A stretch of DNA of 64,000 nt from a virus (taxonomy: Duplodnaviria; Caudoviricetes), in the IMG/VR virus record IMGVR_UViG_3300037484_000435, positions 320,001 to 384,000 of that record; one strand, given 5' to 3'. Made by a program: the position numbers and the translations under genes. Below are positions 56,475 to 64,000 of the stretch, in pieces; position 1 is the stretch's first letter; each line of letters begins with the position of its first letter. The notes below the pieces were generated by a model that was given only the letters and a program-made list of their open reading frames with translations, did not search any database and had not been told where the DNA came from.

Positions 56475-56741
56475 TTAAATCTGCCCCTCCAACCTATTTC
56501 TTTCTCGTAATTCCTTAACCAAATAACGGTTAGGCCACAATTCAAGCCATTTTCGGTTAGACCCACTACGTGCGTCAGCCTGAGTCAAACTCTCTGGCCG
56601 AAACCTTCGTGCCTCTAATTTTCTAGCATTAGAATCCCCCCGAACCTCATAAGGATTATCAGGATCGAAGACATTAACTTCGGGAAGTTCCCACTCTCGG
56701 GCCATTTTAACATACCTCCTAAAATGGTGATAACTATTCAT
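56475..56741 (-). CDS. Hypothetical protein
   Basis: ORF in operon; the start may be the second Met. Confidence 0.5.
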   Translation of the reverse strand: MNSYHHFRRYVKMAREWELPEVNVFDPDNPYEVRGDSNARKLEARRFRPESLTQADARSGSNRKWLELWPNRYLVKELRERNRLEGQI

Positions 56742-57183
56742 TATGAGGCAATATGTTAGTTAATGCTTCTCGTTGCACGCAACTTTCGCACCACTCCACT
56801 CCATAATGAGTGTCCACTATCGTCGAACAAGGCCGACAAATTGTCCTACCACAGCACTCACACATTGTGCCATCGGTCTGATTATAAATTCCACTACAAA
56901 CTGGACAATAATCAGCAAGAGTTATGGTGCCCGAAGTTGCTAAAGTAATACAACCTGAGTAAGAAGTTAGAACCTTAGAATAGCCAAGGGTGGACAACCA
57001 CTGCTCACCGTGAGAACTTAACAACCAGTGTTTCACATACGTTATTGCTTGCTCCGACACATCCTCACTAGTAAAAGAAGTCAACCCATTGTACTTAGCA
57101 AAATTCCTTGTAATCTCTAATTGTTCAACAACATACTCTAGAGCATTGTGGTAGTATAAACGGTCAGTCGCATCTATAATCAT
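56734..57183 (-). CDS. Hypothetical protein with C-terminal zinc finger
   Basis: CPVC...CECC...CRPC...CESC. Confidence 0.55.
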   Translation of the reverse strand: MIIDATDRLYYHNALEYVVEQLEITRNFAKYNGLTSFTSEDVSEQAITYVKHWLLSSHGEQWLSTLGYSKVLTSYSGCITLATSGTITLADYCPVCSGIYNQTDGTMCECCGRTICRPCSTIVDTHYGVEWCESCVQREALTNILPHNE

Positions 57184-58076
57184 TTATTTAATCCTGCCAT
57201 TACGTTTAATTCTCCTTTTATACACTTTATTAATCGATTCAAATCCAACATTATTTGGGGAAATTTTAAAGAAAATGATTCCGCCAACCTAGATGTAAAT
57301 ACTATGACTCTATCTAGCCCATAATGTTCCATACGTTTTCCACATGCGATTTGTCTACGTTGAAACCAAGTAGGGTTTTTAGTTAAACACATCGTATCTC
57401 GGACCCTAAGTAATGTAAACACCAAGCCCCAGAGTACTGCCGAACTCAATCTTGGGTTCTCATTTAACTTGTCTAAAAACTCAGCGTACTCCCCATCTAT
57501 GAAATGGTTTACAATAACAGTCTCTTCCGACACGGAAAGCCTCCCACATATCAGGGCAAAATCCTGATAAGATAGGGACTGTACATAAGCTTGGTCTAAA
57601 AAAGACAACATTTTTGCCGTGTTAGTTATGGCCACCATATCATAACCACATGACACACATATAAACTTTGTGTAAACTGTTGGTAAATTAACACTTAACT
57701 GGGTCAAATATTGCTGACAAAACGCTTCTATTTGATTTGGAAAAAAGTCACTACAAATAATTTCACAAAATCCTAGAGATTTATATTTCTGTGTAATCTT
57801 TTTTGATGAAATCTTAATTACAAAATTAAGACCCTCTTTGGGTTCAACCTTATTACCAAATATGTAAGCAATAAGTTTGGGGCCAAATATTGTATAATTA
57901 CCATAAACTTTTAAATCAGATGATTTGGTCACATTTACAGCTTCTGTGACGCCCCAACCTTGTATCAATTTATCAATTACCAGCCCGCGGACAAAAGTAT
58001 TCTCTCCACTGAGGAAAACCTTGTTAATATTAGGTAACTCTTTTTGTAGGAACTCGGACGCATACATTACATACAA
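57180..58076 (-). CDS. DNA polymerase III delta-like clamp-loader subunit
   Basis: VFLSGENTFVR degenerate P-loop start, GYDMVAITNTAKML helix, adjacent to dnaX. Confidence 0.5.
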   Translation of the reverse strand: MYVMYASEFLQKELPNINKVFLSGENTFVRGLVIDKLIQGWGVTEAVNVTKSSDLKVYGNYTIFGPKLIAYIFGNKVEPKEGLNFVIKISSKKITQKYKSLGFCEIICSDFFPNQIEAFCQQYLTQLSVNLPTVYTKFICVSCGYDMVAITNTAKMLSFLDQAYVQSLSYQDFALICGRLSVSEETVIVNHFIDGEYAEFLDKLNENPRLSSAVLWGLVFTLLRVRDTMCLTKNPTWFQRRQIACGKRMEHYGLDRVIVFTSRLAESFSLKFPQIMLDLNRLIKCIKGELNVMAGLNK

Positions 58077-59161
58077 ATCTCCAAAGCAATCAATTGAAGC
58101 ATAAATTTTTTGTTATTACTAGAATTAAACTGGTCCGTGCGTCGGGCTAAGACGTCAGAAATATATAGAATACGTGGAATACCTATAGATTTGAAACACG
58201 CTATATACTGGTCTATGTAAAGAGGTTGGCCACCCGAGGAGACCAAAAGCAGATTAGACACAGCATCAACTATACCATCATTAAACAAAGTGTCAGGATC
58301 GACCCCCGACTCTAATATCTCCTGTAAAACCGCCCATAAACCTTTAGAATCCTTATTAGCCACACAATCCAAAATAGCAAAGGCCTTAGCTGAGTCCATC
58401 GAGCCGATAGAGAATAAGGCTGACTCTTGATTCCACCCCTTTTCCTTGCAATAAGGTATCACCTTTTCCAATAAGGTTAGGGCGTCCCTCATAGAATTCT
58501 TAGAAGCAAACGCAACTACCGCTGCCGCTTCCTTTATATCTTTGACCTTAATACCCTTCTCTTTAATTTGTTTTTTTATTATCTCAATAATATAGTCGGC
58601 TATAACTCCAGTCGGAATGCTCTTTAAATCCAAGGACACCAATCTAGATTTTATAGTGTCAGGGATTTTTGCTTTGTTCGTTGTACAAAAAATCCAAACT
58701 AAATGGGAAGGGGGCTCCTCTAAGACCTTCAGAAGGGCGTCCCACGAGGATTGTGACTTACCGAGACCTTGGGCCTCATCAACAATAAAAACCTTGTAGT
58801 TGCCCGCTATAGGCGTTAGCATCGCATGGTCCATTAACTTACGAATATCCTCGATGTTTCCATTTGTGGACCCACTCACCTCCATAATGTCTGGGTGATG
58901 CCCCGCAAGAGACATCTTACAACTCTCACACTCATTACAAGGTTCATAACCGTTCTGCCTATTCTGACAGTCCAACGTGCGGGCGAAAATACGGGCTAAG
59001 GTAGTTTTACCTAAACCTCTAACCCCAGATAGAAGTATACCCGCAGGTACACGATTAGCAGTAAGCATGCTCTTAAGAACTAAAGTTACTTGATCGTTGT
59101 ATATAACGTCTTCGAATTTAATCGGCCTTAATTGTGTTGCTAGATTGAGATACCGTTCCAT
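58067..59161 (-). CDS. dnaX: DNA polymerase III gamma/tau subunit (clamp loader)
   Basis: QLRPIKFEDV, GVRGLGKTTLARI, C..PCNECESC, KVFIVDEAQ, LKVLEEPP, TIKSR. Confidence 0.92.
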   Translation of the reverse strand: MERYLNLATQLRPIKFEDVIYNDQVTLVLKSMLTANRVPAGILLSGVRGLGKTTLARIFARTLDCQNRQNGYEPCNECESCKMSLAGHHPDIMEVSGSTNGNIEDIRKLMDHAMLTPIAGNYKVFIVDEAQGLGKSQSSWDALLKVLEEPPSHLVWIFCTTNKAKIPDTIKSRLVSLDLKSIPTGVIADYIIEIIKKQIKEKGIKVKDIKEAAAVVAFASKNSMRDALTLLEKVIPYCKEKGWNQESALFSIGSMDSAKAFAILDCVANKDSKGLWAVLQEILESGVDPDTLFNDGIVDAVSNLLLVSSGGQPLYIDQYIACFKSIGIPRILYISDVLARRTDQFNSSNNKKFMLQLIALEICM

Positions 59162-59531
59162 TTACATTCCAGTCCGTAAAGATATAGGTTGGCTTACCTT
59201 GCTTCATCGCAAGGTCGATTGTGTGTTTGGTTCCTTTAGATTGACCATCCCAAAAAGCTGCTATCATATCAGAGTAATCTACTATCTCTATATTCCTTTT
59301 ATATCCAGCAGACCTATCGTAAACACCGTTTACTCTCCATTTAGCAGGAAATACTTTCCAGTCGTGACCCTCTTCTTTAGCATAATCTATTGCTAGAGAA
59401 TCTGCACCCTGAGCCCCGCCAGAAACAATGGTACACTTCCACACCCAATAGGAACGGAGTAAATCATCTAATAGCCTTTTCATATAGGGATAGTCATTAA
59501 ACGTTCGCGATCCCACCACTCCTAATTTCAT
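59118..59531 (-). CDS. SLOG/YspA-like Rossmann-fold protein
   Basis: LGVVGSRTF, IVSGGAQGADSLA, AGYKRNIEIV, FWDGQSKGTKHTI. TAATG coupling at 59531. Confidence 0.78.
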   Translation of the reverse strand: MKLGVVGSRTFNDYPYMKRLLDDLLRSYWVWKCTIVSGGAQGADSLAIDYAKEEGHDWKVFPAKWRVNGVYDRSAGYKRNIEIVDYSDMIAAFWDGQSKGTKHTIDLAMKQGKPTYIFTDWNVNGTVSQSSNTIKAD

Positions 59532-60544
59532 TATGTTGGTCCCCAACCGCGTTTCTTAAGATATTCAACTGCCTTTTCCATATCACCTTTAGACTTCATC
59601 AAGGCTTCCCTACAATATATTTTGGGCTCACCAGTCCTATCCCTCAGGTCCTTTATCTTTGCTGTAGTAGCATAATCGTATATATCAATATCTTTGAGTT
59701 CTGGTAATTTTAATTCAGAAAAATATTTGTCATGGGCTTCACAACCGGCCTTAGATAACTGGTCTCGAAGTTTTTCGAAACCCTCTCTTGTCTTTTCTAA
59801 GGATTCTTTCATACCAACAACAAGTTCCTCAGTAGATGGCGGATTATTTACAAGATCGGCTAAAGAGAGATCCCCTGTATCCTTAGGTTTATCCCCATAA
59901 GGTCTGCTATCCCCTATATTCTCAAATTCACTGTTGAAATTTCGATAAAGAGCTTTATGGTCTTTGGCCACGTGGAACTTTTTGACATAGCCCTCTGGTA
60001 TGTCTTCACGTAACTCTACGTCTGCCCAACCATTGGGCAAAGGGTAAGCGTAATAGGGATAAGATTTGTTAGACCCACGAACGTAGGCCACGTTGATAGG
60101 AAGTCCCATCTGGTAAGCTAGACGACATCTGTGTTGCCCATCATTGATGATAAGTTTTATGTTTCCCCTACAATCAACGTACTCTTCAATTACAGGAGGG
60201 AGAATATCTATAGTCTTAATCTCAGCCACTTTACTGATATAAGGTTTGCCACCTGCTTCTATTGCAGTCTCAGTTGTATTAGAATAGTCAACTTTCAAGT
60301 AGCCATTCAATTGTAGAATATCCCACCCGAACTCGTTCATAATGTCCCACCGCAATTGTTCAATCTTCTTCAACTCACTAATAAGACAGTAACGCTGGGT
60401 TGGTGCCAAAACGGCGGGGTCAAAAGTTTCAATACTAATAAATGAATTTAGATAGGGCTGGGTGTTCCCGCCCCGTAGTTTGATATGTTTGAGTTTTTCA
60501 CACAACTCACCAGCAGATTTTGCTGAAATGTCAGAGAAGTCCAT
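59531..60544 (-). CDS. ParB/Srx-like domain fused to a C-terminal EF-Ts N-terminal (UBA-like) domain
   Basis: LPPVIEE...LIINDGQHR; C-terminal TTAKIKDLRDRTGEPKIYCREALMKSKGDMEKAVEYLKKRG. Confidence 0.6.
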   Translation of the reverse strand: MDFSDISAKSAGELCEKLKHIKLRGGNTQPYLNSFISIETFDPAVLAPTQRYCLISELKKIEQLRWDIMNEFGWDILQLNGYLKVDYSNTTETAIEAGGKPYISKVAEIKTIDILPPVIEEYVDCRGNIKLIINDGQHRCRLAYQMGLPINVAYVRGSNKSYPYYAYPLPNGWADVELREDIPEGYVKKFHVAKDHKALYRNFNSEFENIGDSRPYGDKPKDTGDLSLADLVNNPPSTEELVVGMKESLEKTREGFEKLRDQLSKAGCEAHDKYFSELKLPELKDIDIYDYATTAKIKDLRDRTGEPKIYCREALMKSKGDMEKAVEYLKKRGWGPT

Positions 60545-60648
60545 TCCTTTTTTCCTTCCTTTCCTTGTTTAGTAAAGATACTAGTGGGAAACTCCCCTAA
60601 GGGGTACCACCACTAGTAATAAATTTGAGAGATTAGCTTTTATTATCT

Positions 60649-60831
60649 TTACTTACCCAGTAGTATAAAACCACCAGATACCATAGCAAGAATAGCCAAA
60701 CCCATATAGACTAACTGTGTTGCGTAAACTGAGAGATGTAGTTGCCCGCTAACCAAAAACAAGGCACCACCAACAATCAACAAAATCGCAAGCAGTATTA
60801 GTCCAATATTTTTAATGATATCAATGTTCAT
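60649..60831 (-). CDS. Small two-TM membrane protein
   Basis: Two hydrophobic helices; RBS. Confidence 0.6.
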   Translation of the reverse strand: MNIDIIKNIGLILLAILLIVGGALFLVSGQLHLSVYATQLVYMGLAILAMVSGGFILLGK

Positions 60832-60844
60832 CCTTTGTTACCTC

Positions 60845-60901
60845 TTATATTAGCCGTAAAATAAGAATTACGACCAATACTATCACAAGTATTTCTAACA
60901 T
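60845..60901 (-). CDS. Very small hydrophobic peptide (18 aa)
   Basis: MLEILVIVLVVILILRLI; fills the gap between two membrane ORFs. Confidence 0.4.
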   Translation of the reverse strand: MLEILVIVLVVILILRLI

Positions 60902-60911
60902 ATTTGCACCA

Positions 60912-61070
60912 CTATCTACCTATCAGGATTAAAATTCCTGCAACAAGTGCAACTATTCCCATCACAACATGCAGCACAGGATGCCCAACAGCAAAAACTG
61001 TACAAATACCTGGTATTACTATTAGCCAAATTGCTAATAACAAAAGTCCCCAATTTCCTTGAATAGCCAT
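60912..61070 (-). CDS. Small two-TM membrane protein
   Basis: ATG at 61070 with AGGAG; two hydrophobic helices. Confidence 0.6.
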   Translation of the reverse strand: MAIQGNWGLLLLAIWLIVIPGICTVFAVGHPVLHVVMGIVALVAGILILIGR

Positions 61071-61177
61071 TATCTTTCTCCTAAAGTCTATCAAGACACA
61101 CCAAGAGATCCCTAAACATTTCTGTTCCTATTATAGGAAAAAGGCTAGATCATTATTACGATTTTTTCTTGTTGGAA

Positions 61178-61993
61178 CTACCTATACTGCGACCTTGGTC
61201 TCCTCGGTTGTCGAGAAAAAAGTCCTAATTCTTTTCTTGTTGCATTTAAATAACTACACGACACACCTAATCTTCTGGCCACCAAATCCCAAGTTCCTTC
61301 CTCGTTATATAAATTAACAATCTCATCAGACGATACTCTTTGTGAAAGTCTTTCGGGCCTAGGAGGTATAGATATAATGGTTTTATATAAATTGTATTTT
61401 CTTGGCAAATAAAAATTACAATTCCCATATAGGAGATGTAATATTCTTTGAACAATAGGGTTTCCAGAAAACTCAATAATGTAATTCTCCCCATTTCGTC
61501 TGGGTGATTTTCTAACATCTCTGTCTGAGCCAACAAACTTGGCGAAGCCTCTCACCAAAGGTTTAGTATTTCTAAAATTAACACACCAGTGGTTACTACG
61601 AGTGCTATGACGATAAAAAATAGAGCCATCTCCGTCAAACAACCCTCTGTAGTAATGCACTTTTTGTTCCTTAGGAACCAGATTACAAGGTTCGAGATTA
61701 TAAGTTTTATTATGAACTAAGCCCAACTCTCTCAATCTAGTAGACATCATGGGAGATCTGAAAGCTAAGGAACAAGTGTGTGCTTTACCTCTAATCCTAT
61801 CACTAATTTTATGGTTGGATTTAATTGTCTCTTTAAAAAGTTCAAGCCATTCGATATCTTTTATAGATATTTCCATACCAATGGAGTTCTTTTGAGATAC
61901 AAAACCATCAGACGAAAGAACACCAAGCCAATAGGCTGGGCCCTCATAATTCAAATTATTAAAGTAATCATGGGTAAGAGTGTATTCTTTCAT
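61178..61993 (-). CDS. LAGLIDADG homing endonuclease with C-terminal HTH
   Basis: AYWLGVLSSDG and YYRGLFDGDG; C-terminal WDLVARRLGVS. ATG at 61993 with a GGAG RBS. Confidence 0.83.
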   Translation of the reverse strand: MKEYTLTHDYFNNLNYEGPAYWLGVLSSDGFVSQKNSIGMEISIKDIEWLELFKETIKSNHKISDRIRGKAHTCSLAFRSPMMSTRLRELGLVHNKTYNLEPCNLVPKEQKVHYYRGLFDGDGSIFYRHSTRSNHWCVNFRNTKPLVRGFAKFVGSDRDVRKSPRRNGENYIIEFSGNPIVQRILHLLYGNCNFYLPRKYNLYKTIISIPPRPERLSQRVSSDEIVNLYNEEGTWDLVARRLGVSCSYLNATRKELGLFSRQPRRPRSQYR

Positions 61994-62028
61994 ATAAAAA
62001 TAAATTCTCCAACAATTTAATGTACTTG

Positions 62029-62616
62029 TGGAGCTGGGCGGTACTGCCCCGCCGTGTAGTCTGGCTTTCAATTATGAGTCTCTAGGTATCGTAGCCCGTT
62101 TATACTCAAAGCAGAGTTTTCTAACTCTTCGGGACCCAGCGGTTAGTGACTGATAGCGAATTGGTTTCCCGCACGGTGGCGGTTGGCCTTCTCATCCCTA
62201 TCCCAGTTTCAGTTGCTGGAATACCTACGACCGTAGGATTTAAATTGGGGGCGTATTGGGGGTGTTTTAATTAAACTAACCCTGCTAGTGCTAGGTTCGG
62301 ATTGGCTACCAACATCTCCCTTTTTCTACGCCGCCTCCACCAGTTGGTGTTTAACCTCTCCAACAAGAGGGCACGCGTAACCAAAGTTACGTGCTCCACC
62401 CAGCTATTCTGTTGCAAAGTCAACTGGGGAACTCCACAAGTTCTATTAAACGCTCGCGAAAGTCAAGCTGTCGCGTTTGTCTTGCTCCAAGTAGGATAGA
62501 ACTGTATCGAAAATTGAATTTTCGGCATTTATTGTTTCGCATCATTTTACTGGATGATACACCAGGATACCAACTTATAACCTACTTTCACCACCTATCG
62601 ATCCTAGTTCAGCCCC
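62029..62616 (-). ncRNA. ssrA: tmRNA (one-piece, unusually long, about 588 nt)
   Basis: Acceptor stem GGGGCTG/CAGCTCC with G3-U70 and discriminator A. T-arm GGCGG-GGCAGTA-CCGCC. P2 pairing GGTATC/GATACC. pk1 CTGG/CCAG plus GTATCAT/ATGATGC. Resume context ATAAAT-GCC. CCA is not encoded. Confidence 0.92.
62446..62526 (-). other. tmRNA tag reading frame (A)AENSIFDTVLSYLEQDKRDSLTFASV*
   Basis: 26 codons from GCC (62526), ended by tandem TAA TAG. Confidence 0.85.
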
Positions 62617-62656
62617 ATGGTGGTAGGAGGACTCTATTGAATCCCCCTTTCTTTCA

Positions 62657-63091
62657 CTATCTTAAGAATCTTTTATCTTGTCCCATCAAATACTTATCTA
62701 ATAGGACTAGAAGGTTCTCTAAAATATGGCATAATTCTTTAGCACCCTGCTCCCTTTTCTGATTACGTACAACGTAATTGGCACCATTATCGTAGTATTC
62801 AAAAATATCCTCGTAACCATTACCAGAAGCAATAACTACTACAGGGAGTAAAGACGCCATACGGTTTGACTTTATATTAGCCAAAACCGTGTTAATAAGT
62901 TTGGGAGGCGATTTCCCAACTAAGATAATGCAAGCATCATAAGATTTATCCTGTAATTTGGATGTTATATTTACGGTTTGCATCTCTAAGTTAGACTCCA
63001 ATACACCAGCTTTAGTCAATTGAACTATCCAAGCGTTCGCTTCCGCGGAGTCCTCACTAAAAATTAAAAATTTCCTGTCAAAATGTTCCAT
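62657..63091 (-). CDS. Degenerate (pseudo-)receiver domain protein
   Basis: FLIFSED...DACIILV...IKSN....LPVVVI...EDIFEYYDNGANYVVR resembles Rcp1-type receivers but lacks the phospho-Asp and the conserved Lys. Confidence 0.6.
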   Translation of the reverse strand: MEHFDRKFLIFSEDSAEANAWIVQLTKAGVLESNLEMQTVNITSKLQDKSYDACIILVGKSPPKLINTVLANIKSNRMASLLPVVVIASGNGYEDIFEYYDNGANYVVRNQKREQGAKELCHILENLLVLLDKYLMGQDKRFLR

Positions 63092-63103
63092 AGTTCTCCT
63101 AAA

Positions 63104-63481
63104 TTACACGTGACCGGGAAGTTCTTCTCCGGGGGCAACATGGGCCATCTCTAACGTAATTATATTAGGACGTTTTCCTTTAACAAAGTTTGAGATGTTC
63201 AAGATAGGAATAGGCATCAATGGAAAAAATTTACCATTCTGCTCCTTCACCATTTCCTCCATAGCTCTCGCACCCTTTTTATTGGAAACTACTTCCATTA
63301 CGTAGTCATCATTAACAATGATTTCCCATATATTGGCCCGCTTATCTCTGACAAAGTCAGATAGTGCTTCTAAAGGAATATCCTCTAAAACCAATTCCTC
63401 AACCTCAGCCTCATTCATCAAATCTAGGATTTTCTGAGCATGTTCCTTAGTTGTCTTTATTTCTGCTTTAAAATATTCCAT
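63104..63481 (-). CDS. Hypothetical protein
   Basis: Probable ATG at 63481 just after the HU stop. Confidence 0.55.
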   Translation of the reverse strand: MEYFKAEIKTTKEHAQKILDLMNEAEVEELVLEDIPLEALSDFVRDKRANIWEIIVNDDYVMEVVSNKKGARAMEEMVKEQNGKFFPLMPIPILNISNFVKGKRPNIITLEMAHVAPGEELPGHV

Positions 63482-63482
63482 C

Positions 63483-63764
63483 TTATTTAACCGCGTCCTT
63501 AAGCAATCCCGAAGGTATGAACTTAGGGTACTTAGTAGCCTCCTTATTGATTTTCTTTTGGGTTCTTGGCTCAACGTATACCCTCGCTTTCTTCTCCACA
63601 ACATCAAAAGCACCAAAACCCCTTACGCTAATCCTCTGGCCAGCCTTTAGGGCCTGCATGATGTCATCAAATACGTTACGTATAATTGCTTCAGCATTCT
63701 TTTTTGTTACCTTTTCATCCTTAAACTGTGCGACACAGCTTTCCACTAGATACTGAAAATTCAT
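63483..63764 (-). CDS. HU/IHF-family DNA-binding protein
   Basis: GQRISVRGFGAFDVVEKKARVYVEPRTQKKI...PKFIPSGLLKDAVK; ATG at 63764 with GAGGAG. Confidence 0.9.
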   Translation of the reverse strand: MNFQYLVESCVAQFKDEKVTKKNAEAIIRNVFDDIMQALKAGQRISVRGFGAFDVVEKKARVYVEPRTQKKINKEATKYPKFIPSGLLKDAVK

Positions 63765-63816
63765 TCTTTCATCTCCTCTTACTTTCCTGTGTCTATATAA
63801 TATATAGTACACAAAC

Positions 63817-64000
63817 TTATGTCTTTAAAAAATCAGACCATTCGGGTATCCGGTATTTAATATTTACTACAGTTTGTAAATATTCAAACACCTCCATCCG
63901 TTTGGGCAATCCTCTCAATAGCCCCATCCCAGCTTCTGAAGGTGTCCTGTCTCCCTTCTTCGAATTACAGTCAACACAAGCTGTAACTAGGTTGTCCCAA
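63817..64000 (-). CDS. HNH endonuclease (McrA-like), C-terminal part, 5' end outside window
   Basis: [27 protein letters not shown]...; TAA at 63817-63819. Confidence 0.8.
   Translation of the reverse strand, partial: WDNLVTACVDCNSKKGDRTPSEAGMGLLRGLPKRMEVFEYLQTVVNIKYRIPEWSDFLKT

Noticed and set aside
61095-61177. Sigma70 promoter at TATAAT inside the TTCCTAT-T-ATAGGAA palindrome (about 61125-61139, minus strand)
   Set aside because: There is no acceptable -35 box at 16-18 nt spacing; the evidence is insufficient.
62095-62440. Group I intron as the explanation for the tmRNA's extra length
   Set aside because: The T-loop, the known intron site, is intact, and I recognised no group I P7/J8-7 core motifs. 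Not formally excluded without Infernal.
358-62762. All plus-strand ORFs in the supplied track, and the short nested minus-strand ORFs (e.g. 6818-7009, 16299-16544, 36665-37099)
   Set aside because: They are antisense or out-of-frame shadows of longer motif-bearing genes, with no recognisable motifs. Those at 358-12381 shadow the giant ORF, and 62302-62762 are antisense to the tmRNA.
1-64000. Stop-codon reassignment (alternative genetic code), as in some large phages
   Set aside because: Genes are full length under the standard code, and TAA, TAG and TGA all end genes at sensible, coupled boundaries.

Overview
The window is about 64 kb of a large tailed-phage genome. It looks siphovirus-like (tail tube gene, no sheath gene seen) with a probable Gram-negative host (spanin-like pair). 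Essentially all real genes are on the minus strand. In transcription order (right to left) the window holds: HNH fragment, HU, a pseudo-receiver, a long tmRNA, clamp-loader genes, Met-aminopeptidase, an actin-fold ATPase, terminase, portal, prohead protease, Kelch/fibre proteins, scaffold, capsid, a lysis cassette, a PAS histidine kinase with its response regulator, neck/tail genes, a sulfotransferase and two paralogous tail-assembly chaperones. It ends in a giant ORF at the tape-measure position (12530 to <1, at least 4176 aa). The supplied ORF track missed this ORF because it has no stop codon in the window. Manual translation shows it carries, in one frame: a fused beta/beta'-type two-barrel RNA polymerase (YED, K-x7-K, NRQPT, DFDGD), an Rnl2-like ligase, a LigD-type 3'-phosphoesterase, a zincin (HExxH) peptidase, an RNase HI domain and Gly/Ala-rich membrane segments. 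A tape-measure-fused RNAP has precedent (Thermus phage P23-45 gp96). The appended RNA-repair, RNase H and protease modules are the candidate new system. Eight free-standing LAGLIDADG genes (about 12% of the window; seven with N-terminal Myb-like repeats) and three HNH genes are interspersed. All domain calls come from by-eye motif recognition; no database searches were run.
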